Origin: Leucoraja ocellata
Taxonomy: Eukaryota
Direction of reading: 5' to 3'
Assembly: GCA_036785375.1 (NCBI GenBank)
Contig: JAWMAR010000104.1
Span: 6,262,001-6,326,000 of the forward strand
Length of the DNA stretch: 64,000 nt
In this document: in pieces, positions 47,001 through 60,100 of the stretch
Numbering within the stretch: position 1 is the first letter of the stretch
How the letters are laid out: every line of letters starts with the position of its first letter
Translations under genes and position numbers: made by a program
Notes under the pieces: model-generated
Told to the model about the DNA's origin: nothing
What the model saw: only the letters and a program-made list of their open reading frames with translations
Databases searched by the model: none

Positions 47001-49563
47001 TGGCAAACCTGCCTGCCAGAATGCTGGTCCCACACCTGTTAAGATGCAATCCGTCCCTTTTGTACAGTTCCCCCTTACCCCAAAACAGATCCCAGTGGTC
47101 TAAGAATCTAAATCCCTGCCCCGTGCACCAGTTCCTCAGCCACACGTTCAGATCGCGTATCTCCCTGATCCTGCTCTCGCCAGCACGAGGAACTGGAAGC
47201 AAACCGGAGATAACAACCCTGGAGGTCCTGCTTTTCAACATTTTTCCGAGCTCTCTAAAGTCACGCTGCATAATATTCATCCTGTCCGACATCGTTTGTG
47301 CCGACATGCACTACCATTTCCGGATGTTCACCTTCGCCCTTGAGGATTTTCTGCACTCTGTCCGTGACATCCTGGATCCTGGCACCGGGAAGGCAGCACA
47401 CCATCCTCGCATCCCGTCTGTTGCCGCAGAAACCCCTGTCCGTACCTCTCACAATGGAGTCTCCCATTACAATGGCCTTGCCTGCCTTAGGCCTTTTTGG
47501 TTTTGGCTCAACAGCCCTATTCGCATCGCAAGCCAGTCCGTCGCTCAGTGTAAACACGTCTTCTGTCCCAACAGCTTCTAAGCGGGTGAACCTGTTCACA
47601 TGAGGTATACCACCCGGGGACGTTGGCATTCCATGCTTCCCTCCCTTTCTCACTATCTCCCACCTTCTCTCTTCCAGTACCTTACGTGTAACAATCGTAC
47701 TGTAGGACTTGTCGAGGAACGACTCCGTTTCTCGTACGAACCGGAGGTCATCCACTTGCTTCTCCAGTTCCCCAACACGGCCCTTCAGGAGCTCCACCTG
47801 GATGCACTTTTCGCATTTGTAGCAGCCAGAGGCACCAGCGGTGTCCTTGACCTCCCACATACTGCAAGCATCGCACTGAATCAGCTTGCCTGACATCTCC
47901 ATACTTCCAGGTGTCTATCCAGACTCTAAGCTCATCCACCTTTCTTACAATGCTCCTAGCATTAAAATATGCACATTTAAGAAACCCCTCGCCTCTTATT
48001 CTCCGTTTATTTCCTTTTTTTTCTTTCTCCTCTTGTGTCCGAGTGCTTCCCTTTTCTGCTTCCTGCCTCCCATTCTGTCTACTAGCTTTCTCTATTTGAG
48101 TCCCTCGCCCCAACCATTCTAGTTTTAAGTCTCCCCAGTGGCCTTTGCAAATTTCCCCGCCAGGATATTGGTCCCCCTCGGGTTCAAGTGCAACCCACCC
48201 TTTCTGTACAGGTCCCACCTTCCCCAAAAGAAGTCCCAATGATCCAGAAACTTGAATCCCTGCCCTCTGCACCAGTCTTTCAGCCACGCATTTATCCTCC
48301 ACCTCGCTCCATTCCTACTCTCACTGTCGCGTGGCACAGGCAGTAATCCTGAGATTGTTACCTTTTTGGTCCTTTTCCTTAACTCTCCTCCCAACTCCCT
48401 AAATCCTCCCTTCAGGACCTCTTCCCTTTTTTTACCTATGTCATTGGTACCTATATGTACCACGACCTCGGGCTCCTCTCCCTCTGATTTCAGGATATCT
48501 TGGACGCGTTGAGACACGTCCGAGACCTTGGCACCAGGGAGGCAGACCACCATCCTGGTCTCCCGACTGCGTCCACAGAATCGCCTATCCGACCCCCTAA
48601 CAATAGAGTCCCCAATTACTATTGCCCTCTTCTTTTTGTCCCTACCTTCAGGAGCAACAGGGCCGGTCTCTGTGCTGGAGGCCCGTCCGCTGTCGCTACC
48701 CCCGGGCAGGCTGTCACCCCCATCCGTACTCAAACAGGAGTACTTATTTGCAAGGTGTACCGACATTGGAGTACTCACTCGTTCCTGCCTCTGCCCCTTG
48801 CCCTTCCTTAGCGTGACCCACATGTCTCTCTCCCGTGGTTTTGGAGTGACCACCTCCCTATAACTCCCCTCTATGACCTCCTCACTCTCCCTGACCAGAC
48901 AGAGGTCATCGAGCTGATGCTCCAGGATCCTAATACGGTCCCTTAGGAGCCCCATCTCGCTGCACCTGGTGCAGATGTGGACGTCTGGAGGGCCATCCGA
49001 CACCATGACCTCCCACATCTGACATCCCGAATAGTACACTGCTCTGGCTGTCATTCTCCCGCCTTACCCTGGATCCGATACAAGTACAATACAATAGAAA
49101 CTGCTGGGAGAAATCAGCAGGTATCTGACTCACAACAGCTGCTCCCTCTTGACCTTTAAACTGCACCTTAATTATATAAACAAAAAGCACTGTACCCTTA
49201 ACTCACTGTACCTTTACTAAAGCACTGTACCCTTAGCCCACTGTACCCTTGGCTCACTGTACCTTTACTAAAGCACTGTACCTTTAGCTCACTGTACCCT
49301 TGGCTCACTGTAACTTTAACCAGAAAGCAGAAATGCTAACCTGAGGTTGCACCCAATCAGCTGCTTCCTCTAGTCTGCTTCCACCAATCAGCGGCTTCCA
49401 CCAGAACCCTCCCTATGAAGTGTGGAACGTTACAGACTTTGGTAAGCCCTGACCCTCCTCCACTCGCTCCAACGGTCCCGGGCCTCTGTAAAAGCAAGCC
49501 CTGCACTCGATTTATATACTCACCGCCCTGACCCTCCTCCACTCGCTCCAACGGTCCCGGGCC
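41031..49563 (-). mobile_element. Full-length CR1 LINE A (parts 41031-43840 and 47900-49563) inserted in a SINE
   Basis: ORF1 48125-49054 (zinc-finger-like N-terminus plus SGNH/GDSL esterase IVIGDSIVR...HIGTNDIG...GLHLN). Fragmented ORF2 at about 41117-43830. 5' UTR tandem repeats 49187-49320. TSD TCTATC at 41025-41030 and 49564-49569. Confidence 0.92.
43841..47899 (-). mobile_element. Young CR1 LINE B nested in CR1 A
   Basis: ORF1 47261-47902 plus 46975-47307 (one frameshift). ORF2 46470-46961 plus 43944-46445 is in one frame with a single TGA at 46470-46472 (APE GITETW, GDFN, SDH; RT GVPQGS, FADD). (TTTCTATG)n tail. CATA duplicated at 43837-43840 and 47900-47903. Confidence 0.95.
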
Positions 49564-49833
49564 TCTATCGCACACACTAAGGACAATTTACGGAAGTCAA
49601 TTAACCTACAAACCTTCACGCCTTTGGAGTATGACAGGAAATTTGAGGACCCAGAGAAAACTCACGAGGTCACAGAGAGAACGTAGAAACTCCACACAGA
49701 CAGCACCTGTGGTCAGGATCGATGCTGGGTCACTATAGTTGTGAGGCAACTGCTCTACAGCTGTGCCACTGTGCCATTCTCACATCTGGTAACATCTGAC
49801 CAGGAAGGCCGGTGACAGTGAGTGCGGCATTAC

Positions 49834-49938
49834 CTCCATCGTGCCGAGGGAGTCCCAGTTTGGGCTTTACGCTGGTGTCTCTGGACTTGAAACCATCAAC
49901 CTTCAGACTCGAGAGGGGAGGGCGAGACATTTTGTTGC
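49834..49938 (-). other. Candidate orphan exon of an unidentified minus-strand transcript
   Basis: TTCATTAG acceptor, GAG|GTAATG donor, 105 nt, open phase 1-1 (NKMSRPPLSSLKVDGFKSRDTSVKPKLGLPRHDG). No recognised homology. Confidence 0.3.
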
Positions 49939-51559
49939 CTAATGAACTAAAGGTGGGATTATATGTGTCTTCAAGTGTCATGTGTTCTGATAATGTATCA
50001 ATGAAAATGACAATTTCAAATTTCAATGAAAATCAATGAAAATTAATGAAGGCCGAACTATGATACCAACACCAACTCATATCTGCCGGCACTTAATCCA
50101 TATCCCTCCATTCCCTGCATATCCATATGCCTATCTAAAAGCCTCTTAAACACCACTATTGTATGCCTCCACCACCACCCCTAGTAGCGCGTTCCAGGCA
50201 CCCACCACCCTCTGTGTAAAAAACTTGCCCGGCACATCTCCTTCAAACTTTGCCCCTCTCACCTTACGGCCATGTGCGGTGATAGAGTCTGCTTTATTCT
50301 GCCTCACTTTGAATGAATGAATGATGATACTTTATTGTCATATTGCAGATATGATATTTTGATGAGGATAGTGGGTGGATAAATTATATTGTATATAAAA
50401 AAACAAAGTGCAGGATGAACTGAGTGGGTCAGGCAGCATCAGTGGAGAAATGGACAGGTGATGTTTTGGGTCGGGACCCTTCTTTGACTGATGGAGTTGG
50501 GGGGAGAAAGCTAGCAAAGAGTTGATAGACACAAAAAGCTGGAGTAACTCAATGGGGCAGGCAGCATCTCTGGAGAGAAGGAATGGTTGACGTTTCGGGT
50601 TGAGACCCTTCTTCAGACTAGGTCTTCAGTTTTAACCAGCATCTGCAGTTCATTCCTACACAAGTAAGAAAAAAGGTTCCCTCCCTCTGGCTTTACATTT
50701 TATTCCTTTTTCAAACCTCTTTGCTCCTTATGAAGACCAGTATTATTAGGGTGGCACAGTAGCGGAGCCAGAGACACGGGTTCGATTCTGACCTTGGGTG
50801 CTGTCTGTCTGTGTGGAGTTTGCATGTTTTCCCTGTGACCGCATGAGTTTCCTCCAGGTGCTCCGGTTTCCTCCCACACCCCAAAGACCTGCGGGTTTGT
50901 AGGTTAATTGGCCCTCTGTAAATTACCCCCAGTGTGTAGGAAATGAATGAGAAAATGGTATAACACAGAACTAGTGTTAACGGGTGATCTATTCTCTGCG
51001 CAGACTCGGTGGGCTGAAGGGCCTGTTTCCATGCAGTGTCTCTAAACTAAAGTAAACTAAACTCAACTAAACTAAACTAAACTAAACTAAACTAAACCAA
51101 ACTAAAACTGAAGGAACTACAAATACTGGTTTATAAAAACATAAAGTGCGGGTCAGGCAGCATCTCTGGAGAACATGGATAGGTGACATCTTGGGTTGGG
51201 ACCCTTCTTCAGACTGATTGTAGTGGGGTGCAGGAGGTGGGGGGGGGGGAGAGAAAGCTAGAAGAGAGGTTGGGCAGGACAAAGCTTGACAAGTGATAGG
51301 TGGTTGCAGGTGAGGGGTGGAGGGTTGTTAGGCTGATGGATGGTCAGATGCCAAAGATGGGAGGAAAACCAAAGGGTGTGAGATAGAGACAAAGGGAATG
51401 AAATTTATGGGCTAGAGATATAGGCGGAATGGGGGTGGGGGGAAATGGAGCAGGATAGTAAGAGAATTGGCCTGGGGTGGGGAACAGGAAAGAGGGGGGA
51501 GGGGTGACAAAGTGGGGGATTACCTAAAATTGGCAAATTCAATAAGAAAGGCACAGTTT

Positions 51560-52840
51560 CGGTGGTCATGGGGAATTTCAATATGTAGGGAGACTGGGGA
51601 AATCAGGTTGGTACTGAATCCTAAGAGTGGGAATTTGTAGAGTGCCTCCGAGATGGTTTCTTAGAGCAGCTTGTAGTGGAGCCAGGGAAAAGGCAATTCT
51701 TGATTTGATGTTGTGTAATGAACCACATTTGATTAGACAGCTTAAGGTAAAGGACCATCTAGGTAGTGACCATAATATGTTCAAATTCAAGCTGCAATTT
51801 GAGAGGGATAAGATGACATCAGATGTGATGGTGTTACAGCCAAGCAAAGTGGACTACAGAGGCATGAGGGAGGAGTTGACTAAAGTTGATTGTAAAGAGA
51901 TCCTAGCAGGAATGATGCTATAACAGCAATGGCAGGAATTTCTGGGAATAATTCACAGGATCTTTTCATTCCAAAGAGGAAGAAAGATTCTAACGGGAGA
52001 AAGAGGTGACCGTGGCTGACAAGGGAAGTCAAGGACGGTATAAAACTAAAAGAGAAGGCACATAACATTGCAAAGATTAGTGGGAAGCCAGAGGATTGGG
52101 GTCTTTTAAAAAACGAAAGAAGGTAACTAAAAAAAGGCAATACGGGGAGAAAAGATGAAAGTAAGCTAGCCAATAATATAAAAGAGGATAGCAAAGGTTT
52201 CTTCAGATATCTAAAGAGTAAGAAAGCGGCAAGAATGGACATTGGCCCGCTGCAAAATGATGCTGAAGAAGTGATAATGTGGAATAAAGAAATAGCAGAG
52301 TAATTGAATAGCTTGCAGTTCCTAGCTTCTATAGCATTTTGGTGTGTGGGGAGTTTGGGTCCATAGCTCTTCAGAACACTGTGGTTTGTCTTGGATTTCC
52401 TTGGAAGTTTGTGAATATTTGCCGGCTCTGGGCCTGTACTTGCTGGAGTTTAGGATGAGAGGGGATCTCATTGAAACATACCGAATAGTGAGAGGCCTGG
52501 ATAACGTGGATGTGGAGAAGATGTTTCCACTAGTGGGAGAGTCTAGGACCAGAGGGCACAGCCTCAGAATAAAAGGACGCACCTTTAGAAAGGAGGGGAG
52601 GAGGATTTTCTTCAGTCAGAGGGTGGTGAATCTGTGGAATTCATTGCCACGGAAGGCTGTGGAGGCCATCAATGGGTATTTTTAAAACTGAGATTGACAA
52701 GTTCTTGATTATTATGGGTGTCAAAGGCTACGGGGAGAAGGCAGGAGAATTGGGTTGAGAGGAAAGATAGCTCAGTCATGATTAAATGGCGGAGTAGACT
52801 CAATGGACCAAATGGCCTAATTCTGCTCCTATGATTTTTG
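51560..52840 (+). mobile_element. Decayed CR1 ORF2 fragments
   Basis: REKAILDLMLCNEP...HLGSDHN (51627-51923) and [16 protein letters not shown]...[14 protein letters not shown] (52344-52685). Confidence 0.85.
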
Positions 52841-53680
52841 AATTTATGAGTTTCATCTTTCAGGGAATACAGATTAATTTTGTTCTGTTGGAATGGAAGA
52901 AATGGTGCAGGTGGTAGAGCCGCTGTCTCACAACACCAGAGATCCAGGTTCGATCCTGACCTCGGTGCTACCTGTGTGTGGAGTTTGCACATTCTGTCTG
53001 TGACCGTGTGGGTTTTGTCTGGGTGCTCCGGATTCCTCCCACATCCCTAAGACATGCGAGTGTGTAGATTAATTGGCCCTCTGTAGATTACCCCTACTGT
53101 GTAGGGAGGGGATGAGAAAATGAGATAATGTTAAACTAGCTGGAATGTGTGAGTGATGGTCGGCGTGGACTCGGTGGGCCAAAGAGCCTGTCTCCAGGCT
53201 GTATCTCGACACAAAACTAAACTAAAATAATGATGGTCAACTTCCCCACACTTCTATAGACTGGCAACTTATTCACAACTATCTGGGCATTTGGTAAATG
53301 TAAAAATTGTCCCTAATGTATCTAGTGTTAATGTGCGGGGATCGCTGGTCGGCGTGGTTCCAGTGGGCCAAAGGGCCTGTTTCCATGCTGTATCTCTAAA
53401 CTAAACACAGTTTGTTCAGACAGGACCTGTGAAAGGACACCCTTGTAATGGACTGTTCGAACTACTTCCCTCCGGCAGACGTTACAAGGCCTTCTACGCC
53501 CGAAACTCCAGACTCAGAAACAGCTTCATTCCCAGAGTTATAGCGGCTCTGAACCGGCCCTGCTGAGTGCCCCCCATCCCCACTGGACTGTCTCCCTCAG
53601 ATGGTCACGTTGCACAGTTTATTTATTTTTTATTTTTTTGACATCGGTTGGAAGCTGCATACTTAATCTTGTTGCACTGA

Positions 53681-53808
53681 NNNNNNNNNNNNNNNNNNNN
53701 NNNNNNNNNNNNNNNNNNNNNNNNNNNNNNNNNNNNNNNNNNNNNNNNNNNNNNNNNNNNNNNNNNNNNNNNNNNNNNNNNNNNNNNNNNNNNNNNNNNN
53801 NNNNNNNN
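53681..53808. other. Assembly gap (128 N)
   Basis: Run of N. Confidence 1.
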
Positions 53809-56442
53809 ACCACACATTTAATATTTTGGGCAGAATGTACAAGGAACTTGTGGGGGGAAAACATTTTTGTCGAAAGGGTGGTTTATTGTGAAAGTCATTG
53901 TGTGTAGGGTGGTGGGAACTGAGTTACAGAGTTACACAGCATGGAAACAGGCCCTTCGGCCCAACTCCGTCTATGCCGATCATGATGGATCATTTCTACC
54001 CCTTCGATTAAACAACAAAATGAGACGGCATGCACAGCAACTGTGCAACTGTGGAAAATCCCCATCGCACTTCCTCTTTCATTTGAACTCACAAAGAGGA
54101 TCTGCATAACTTTTCATTGAGTTACAGACACAAAAACAGCACAGAACCAGGCCCTTTTGCCCATTGAGTCGGTGCCGACCAGCGACCACCCCATACACTA
54201 GCACTATCCTACACATTATGGACAATTTACAATGTTACCAAATCCAAATAATCTACAAACCTGCATGTCTTTGGAGTGTGGGAGGAAACTGGAGCACTTG
54301 GGGAAAACCCATGCGGTCACAGGCAGCACCCGTAGTCAGGATCGAACCTGGGTCTCTGAGGCTGTGAGGCAGCAGCTCTACCGCTGCACCACTGTGCAAT
54401 CCTGTCATTCCAAACCTAGCCCTATCCACAAGGACACAAAGTGCTGGAGTAACTCGACGGGTAATGCAGCATCTCTGGAGAACATGGATAGGTGACGTTT
54501 CAGGCCGGGATCCTTCTTCAGACAGATTGTGGGCCATTCTTGTGCTGCAGTGTTCTATGTTCTATGTTTCTGATCAGTCAGGCCCGAACCCAAAACATCA
54601 CCGATCCATGTTCTCCAGAGATGCTACCTGACCCCATGAATTACTCAGCATTTTGTGTCCTATTAAAAATAAATGTCCTCGGGCTCTTGATTCCCCTACT
54701 CTGCGTAACCTTCAGATTCAGATTCAGATTCAGATTCAGATTCAGAAAACTTATTGTCTGTCGTAACAGAAAATCTCTTTGACGTGGCTCAACATACAGA
54801 CAGAACAATGTACTGATAAGCAGTCATACAACACAGATTTCTGCGAGCACACACATCGATCTTAAAAGCAAATATAAAGATTAAAAACTGTAAAAATAGA
54901 CAAGATAAAAATTGTGGATACGTGTAAAGTGACAATGCGTCAGGGTTAATTTGTCCATTGTTCAAACCCACATGTCTATGCTGACCATGATGCCAACCTC
55001 ATCTGCCTGCGTATATCTCTCAATTCACTGCATATCCACGTGCCTGTCCATAAGTCTCTTAAACACCACTATCGTATCTGCCTCCACCACCAGCCCCCTG
55101 GCAGTGCATTCCAGGCACCCACCACCCTCTGTGCCAAAAAACTCATCTCCTTTAAACTACGCCTGTCTCACCTTTCACCTATGCCCCCTAATCTTTGGGG
55201 AAAAGATTCTGACTGTCTACCCTATCTATGACTCTCATAATTTTATAACCTATTAAGTCTCCCGCAGCCTCCGCCATTCCAGAGAAAATAATCCAAACCT
55301 GTCCAATCTGTCCTGAAAGCTAATGTCCTCCAATCCAGGCAGCATTCTGGTAAACCTTCTTTGCACCCTTTCCAAAGCTTCCACATCTTCCTGTAATTGG
55401 GGGGGGGGGGGGGGGGGGGGGGGGCAGAACTACATGCAATACCCCAAACATGACCTGACCAAAGTCCTATTGATCTGTACATTCAAGTGCAAAAGAGGAA
55501 ATGGGTAAAGTCTGAGGTAAAGATTCTTGTTTCCATTGTACTCGACACTTCCGCCCCTAAAGTTGTTCTTCATGGGCTTCTGGTCATGAAATACACTAGT
55601 AAAGCAGATGTTTCCTCTCTGACTGGAGTGAAGTGACCCCTTTGCCACTTTCTCTTGAAGTTCTCTTTTGTTGAGGTTTCACGTTTCCCCTTCCCGCCCT
55701 CGCTTCCCGTTTTGTGCGCTGTAGACTGATGTCACACACCTCACGACAAACTGAGTAGAGCCGCTGCCTCACAGCGCCAGAGACCCGGGTTCGATCCTAA
55801 CTACGGGTGCTGTCTGTGCGTTGTTTGTGCCTTCTCCCCGTGACTGCGTGGGCTTTCTCCGGGTGCTCCGGTTTCCTCCCACACTCCAAAGGCATGTGGG
55901 TTTGCAGAATAATTGGCTTCTGTGAAAACTGTAAATTGTCCCTAGTGTGTAGGATAGTGCTAGCATGCAGGATAATCGCTGGTTGGTGGGGACTCAGTGG
56001 GCCAAAGAGCCCGTTTCTGCTCTGTATCTCTAATGGCTGAAGTCATAAAGGGGGCAGAGGGCAGTGTGGAGACCATTCAGTCCCTCCAGCCCATGCTACA
56101 ATTCAACCAACTCGAGGTTGGTCTGCATTCTAACACCAATTAGTCTTATATTCATGTAGGCAACCTTTTAGCAAAGATCAACCCTTCAGGCGAAACGTTC
56201 ATTCTGACCAAGTTGCCCCAACTAAGCTAGTGTCATTTGCCAGCATTTGGCCCGTATCCCTCGAAACATTTCCTGTTCATGTACCTGGACTTTTTGTCCT
56301 GACCTCCCATCGGGCAACTGACCCATCCTATCACCAATTAGAGAGCCGTCCTGACCTCATTGTAAACCTTTAAACTATCTTTAATCGGACTTTATCTTGC
56401 ACTAAACATTATCTCCTTTACCCTGCATCTGTACACTGTGGA

Positions 56443-57165
56443 CATAGAAACATAGAAATTAGGTGCAGGAGTAGGCCATCCGGCCCTTCGAGCCTGCACC
56501 GCCATTCAATATGATCATGGCTGATCATCCAACTCAGTATCCCGTACCTGCCTTCTCTCCATACCCCCTGATCCCCTTAGCCACAAGGGCCACATCTAAC
56601 TCCCTCTTAAATATAGCCAATGAACTGGCCTCAACTACCCTCTGTGGCAGAGAGTTCCAGAGATTCACCACTCTCTGTGTGAAAAAAGTTATTCTCATCT
56701 CGGTTTTAAAGGATTTCCCCCTTATCCTTAAGCTGCGACCCCTTGTCCTGGACTTCCCCAACATCGGGAACAATCTTCCTGCATCTAGCCTGTCCAACCC
56801 CTTAAGAATTTTGTAAGTTTCTATAAGACTCCCTCTCAATCTCCTAAATTCTAGAGAGTATAAACCAAGTCTATCCAGTCTTTCTTCATAAGACAGTCCT
56901 GACATCCCAGGAATCAGTCTGATGAACCTTCTCTGCACTCCCTCTATGGCAATAATGTCCTTCCTCAGATTTGGAGACCAAAACTGTACGCAATACTCCA
57001 GGTGTGGTCTCACCAAGACCCTGTACAACTGCAGTAGAACCTCCCTGCTCCTATACTCAAATCCTTTTGCAATGAAAGCTAACATACCATTCGCTTTCTT
57101 CACTGCCTGCTGCACCTGCATGCCTACCTTCAATGACTGGTGTACCATGACACCCAGGTCTCGCT
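56443..57165 (-). mobile_element. 5'-truncated copy of the CR1 B family
   Basis: Near-identical to the 3' end of element B (about 43850-44575) and to about 24748-25435. ORF 56534-57322 is a read-through from flanking repeat. Confidence 0.92.
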
Positions 57166-60100
57166 CGATTGACACCCAGGACGGCTCGATTGTGATCATG
57201 CATTGTCTTTCTGCTGACTGGTCAACAAGCAACAAAAAGCTTTTCACTGTACCTCGGTACACGTGACAATAAACTAAACTCAAACTAAACTTGAGGGTAT
57301 TACCTTGTACTTTATCATCCACTCCCTACACACCAGGGGATAAATTATAGAGGGCCAATTCACCTGCAATCCTGCACGTCTTTGCGATGTGGGAAGAAAC
57401 CGGAGCACCCGGACAAAACCCACCTGGTGCCAGGGAGACGTGAAAACTCCACACAATCAGCACCTGAGGTCAGGGTTGAACCCGGGTCTTTGGCGCTGTT
57501 CAGATTCAGATTCAATCTTTATTGTCATTGTGCAGTGTACTGTACAGAGACAACGAAATGCAGTTAGCATCTCCCCAGAGGAGCGAACATAGAATAATGA
57601 GCAATAAATATATATACGTACATACAGACAACAACTCTACCGGCTGTGCCACTGTGCTGCTCAAACTAAAGTAGTACTGAAGAGATCAATAGGAATTGGT
57701 TGGTGGGGCCTAAGGACCTGTCGCTTGAGAGGTGGCAATGGAGAAATTGATGCGTTCTAATTTAGTTTAGTTTAGTTTAGTTTATTGTCACATGTACCGA
57801 GGTACGTTAAAGAGTTTTATTGTTGCATGCTATCCAGTCGACGGAAAGACTATAGATGATTACAATCAAGCCGTCCGCAGTGGGCAGATACAGGATAAAG
57901 GGAATAACGGTTAGTGCACGATAAAGTCCGATTAAAGATAGCCTGACGGTCATCTTCCCAAATTCCATGGATTTGAGATCCGACAGATTAAGAGGCAGCA
58001 AGTGGAGCACGACAATTTAATAAAAAGGAAGACAGAAAATGAGGAAGTGCGGTCCTGTCCACTAGCAAATGGTGGAATTCACCAACACGGAACTGGTTTC
58101 AGGGCCCTAATCGGGTTAGCGAGAGGCAACATGATAGGGAAAACATGTTCAACAAACCTATTCAAGCTTTGCCGAACACTTGCGCTCGGTCCATCAAGGC
58201 CCGCTGGTTATCCCGGTGCAACGAGATATCCCGTCTACCACGAACATCCCTGCCAAAGGTCGTCTATTGTTGGCCTTGATTTGTTCTGGTCTTTTCTTGC
58301 TTCCAGTTCTCCTCCCCTACACAATCTGAAGTAGGGTCCCGACCCGAAAAGTCACCTATCCATGTTCTCCGCCGATGATGTCCGACCCGCTGAGTTACTC
58401 CAGCACTTTGTGTTCCTTTGTGCAAACCAGCGTCTGCAGTCCCTTGTCAACATAAACTGGAGGCAAGAAAAGGCCTGAACAAATGGATCATATATTGTCC
58501 CATTGTCGGCTTGGAAACAGTGATAACGTGAGGAATACAAGGATCCAAACAGTGGACTAGGGTGGGGAAGGGGGGGAGATGTGAGGGAGGGGGGAAGGGG
58601 GGGAGAGGTGAGGGGAGGCAATGCAGGAGTCACTTGAAATTGGGGAAATCAACGTTCACACCATTTGGTTGTAAGCTGCTCAAGCAAAATATGAGGTGCT
58701 GTTCCTCCAATTTGCGCTGGGCCTCACTCTGACAAAGGAGGAGGCCCAGGACAGAAGGGTCAATGTGGGAATGACCTATGTGAAAGGGAGTTCTGCTTAA
58801 CCTGCTGAACTACTCCAGCACAAAAGTTTCTGTCTTTTTGTGCAATAACCAGCATCTGCGGTTCCTGGTTTCTACGGCAACCAAGGCAGTTCCATGCAGC
58901 CAATACTTTCAACGAAACACAGTCACCACCTTGAGTCGAAGTAATGTCACGCCAGTTGGCCTGTTCCACTTTTCCATGTTTTTAAAACATTTTTAAAAGC
59001 AGCAGAGCTGTTGCCTCACAGCGCCAGAGACCCAGGTTCGACCCTGACTACGTGTGCTGTCTGTACGGAGTTTGTACGTTCTCCCTGTGACCGTGTGGAT
59101 TTTCTCCAGGTGCTCTGGCTTCTTCCCACTCTCCAAAGATGTGCAGGTTTGCAGGCAAGATGCAGTCCACGTTCGCTCCATGCACTCGGGCCTCTTGGTG
59201 CGGCCCCCGGTCCAGGTGAGCCCCAGGCTGCTGCAGGTTCTCCAGCGGCCCACTCCACCATCGAGGCCGTGCACTGCCTCCTGCAGCCAGTCTGCTTGCT
59301 GGCCCTCTGCTCCTCGTACCTGCCATCTTGGATATCTTCGGGCCTTTATTCCAGAGTCTACCACCATGACCGACTCCCTCCACCCTCCTCTTTGGTTCCC
59401 GGTCTTTGGGGGTGTGCAGGGGCTATAAGGTCATAAGGTCAGAAGTGATAGTAGTAGAATTAGGCCATTTGGCCCATCAAATCTCCTCTGTTGTTCAATC
59501 ATGGCTGACCTATCTCTCCCTCCTAACCCCATTCTCCTGTCTTCTTCCCGTAACCGCTGACACCTGAAGGGCCGGGCTCGGTGGTTCTGCTGCAGGGGGG
59601 GCCAGGCCTGTGTCGGGGTATGGCCACGCTCGCCACGGAAGTGTTTGTGGGACCGATCTTGAGGGTTGAGCTCGAGGGTCTGTCCATGTTCATCCCTGGT
59701 GCTGGCAAATCTTCACCAGCAGGTGGAGCAACAGGCCCACAAAACAACTACAACTCCTCTTCCCAGACACTGTTTAAACGTCGACACAAAGTGCTGGAGT
59801 AACTCACCGGGTCCAGACCCAAAATGTCATCTACACATTTTCTTCAGAGATTCTGCCTGACCCGCTGAGTTAGTCCAGCATTTGTGTCTTTTTTTGTAAA
59901 CCAGCATCTGCAGTTCCTTATTTCTACAATGAGATGTGATATGATAGGCTAGCTTATGTTCATAAATTCTAGGAGCAGAATTAGGCCATTCAGCTACTCT
60001 GCCATTCAATCTTGGCTGATCTATATTTCCCTCTCAACTCTATTCTCCTGCCTTCTACCCATAACCCTTGACACCTGAACTAATCAAGAACCTATCAATC

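Noticed and set aside
44332-48863. Plus-strand ORFs of 60-190 aa over the CR1 elements
   Set aside because: Antisense shadows of LINE ORF1/ORF2.
55430-55720. Minus-strand ORF MAKGSLHSSQRG... as a host exon
   Set aside because: No recognisable homology, no suitable donor, and it runs into a CR1 fragment. The island looks more regulatory than coding.
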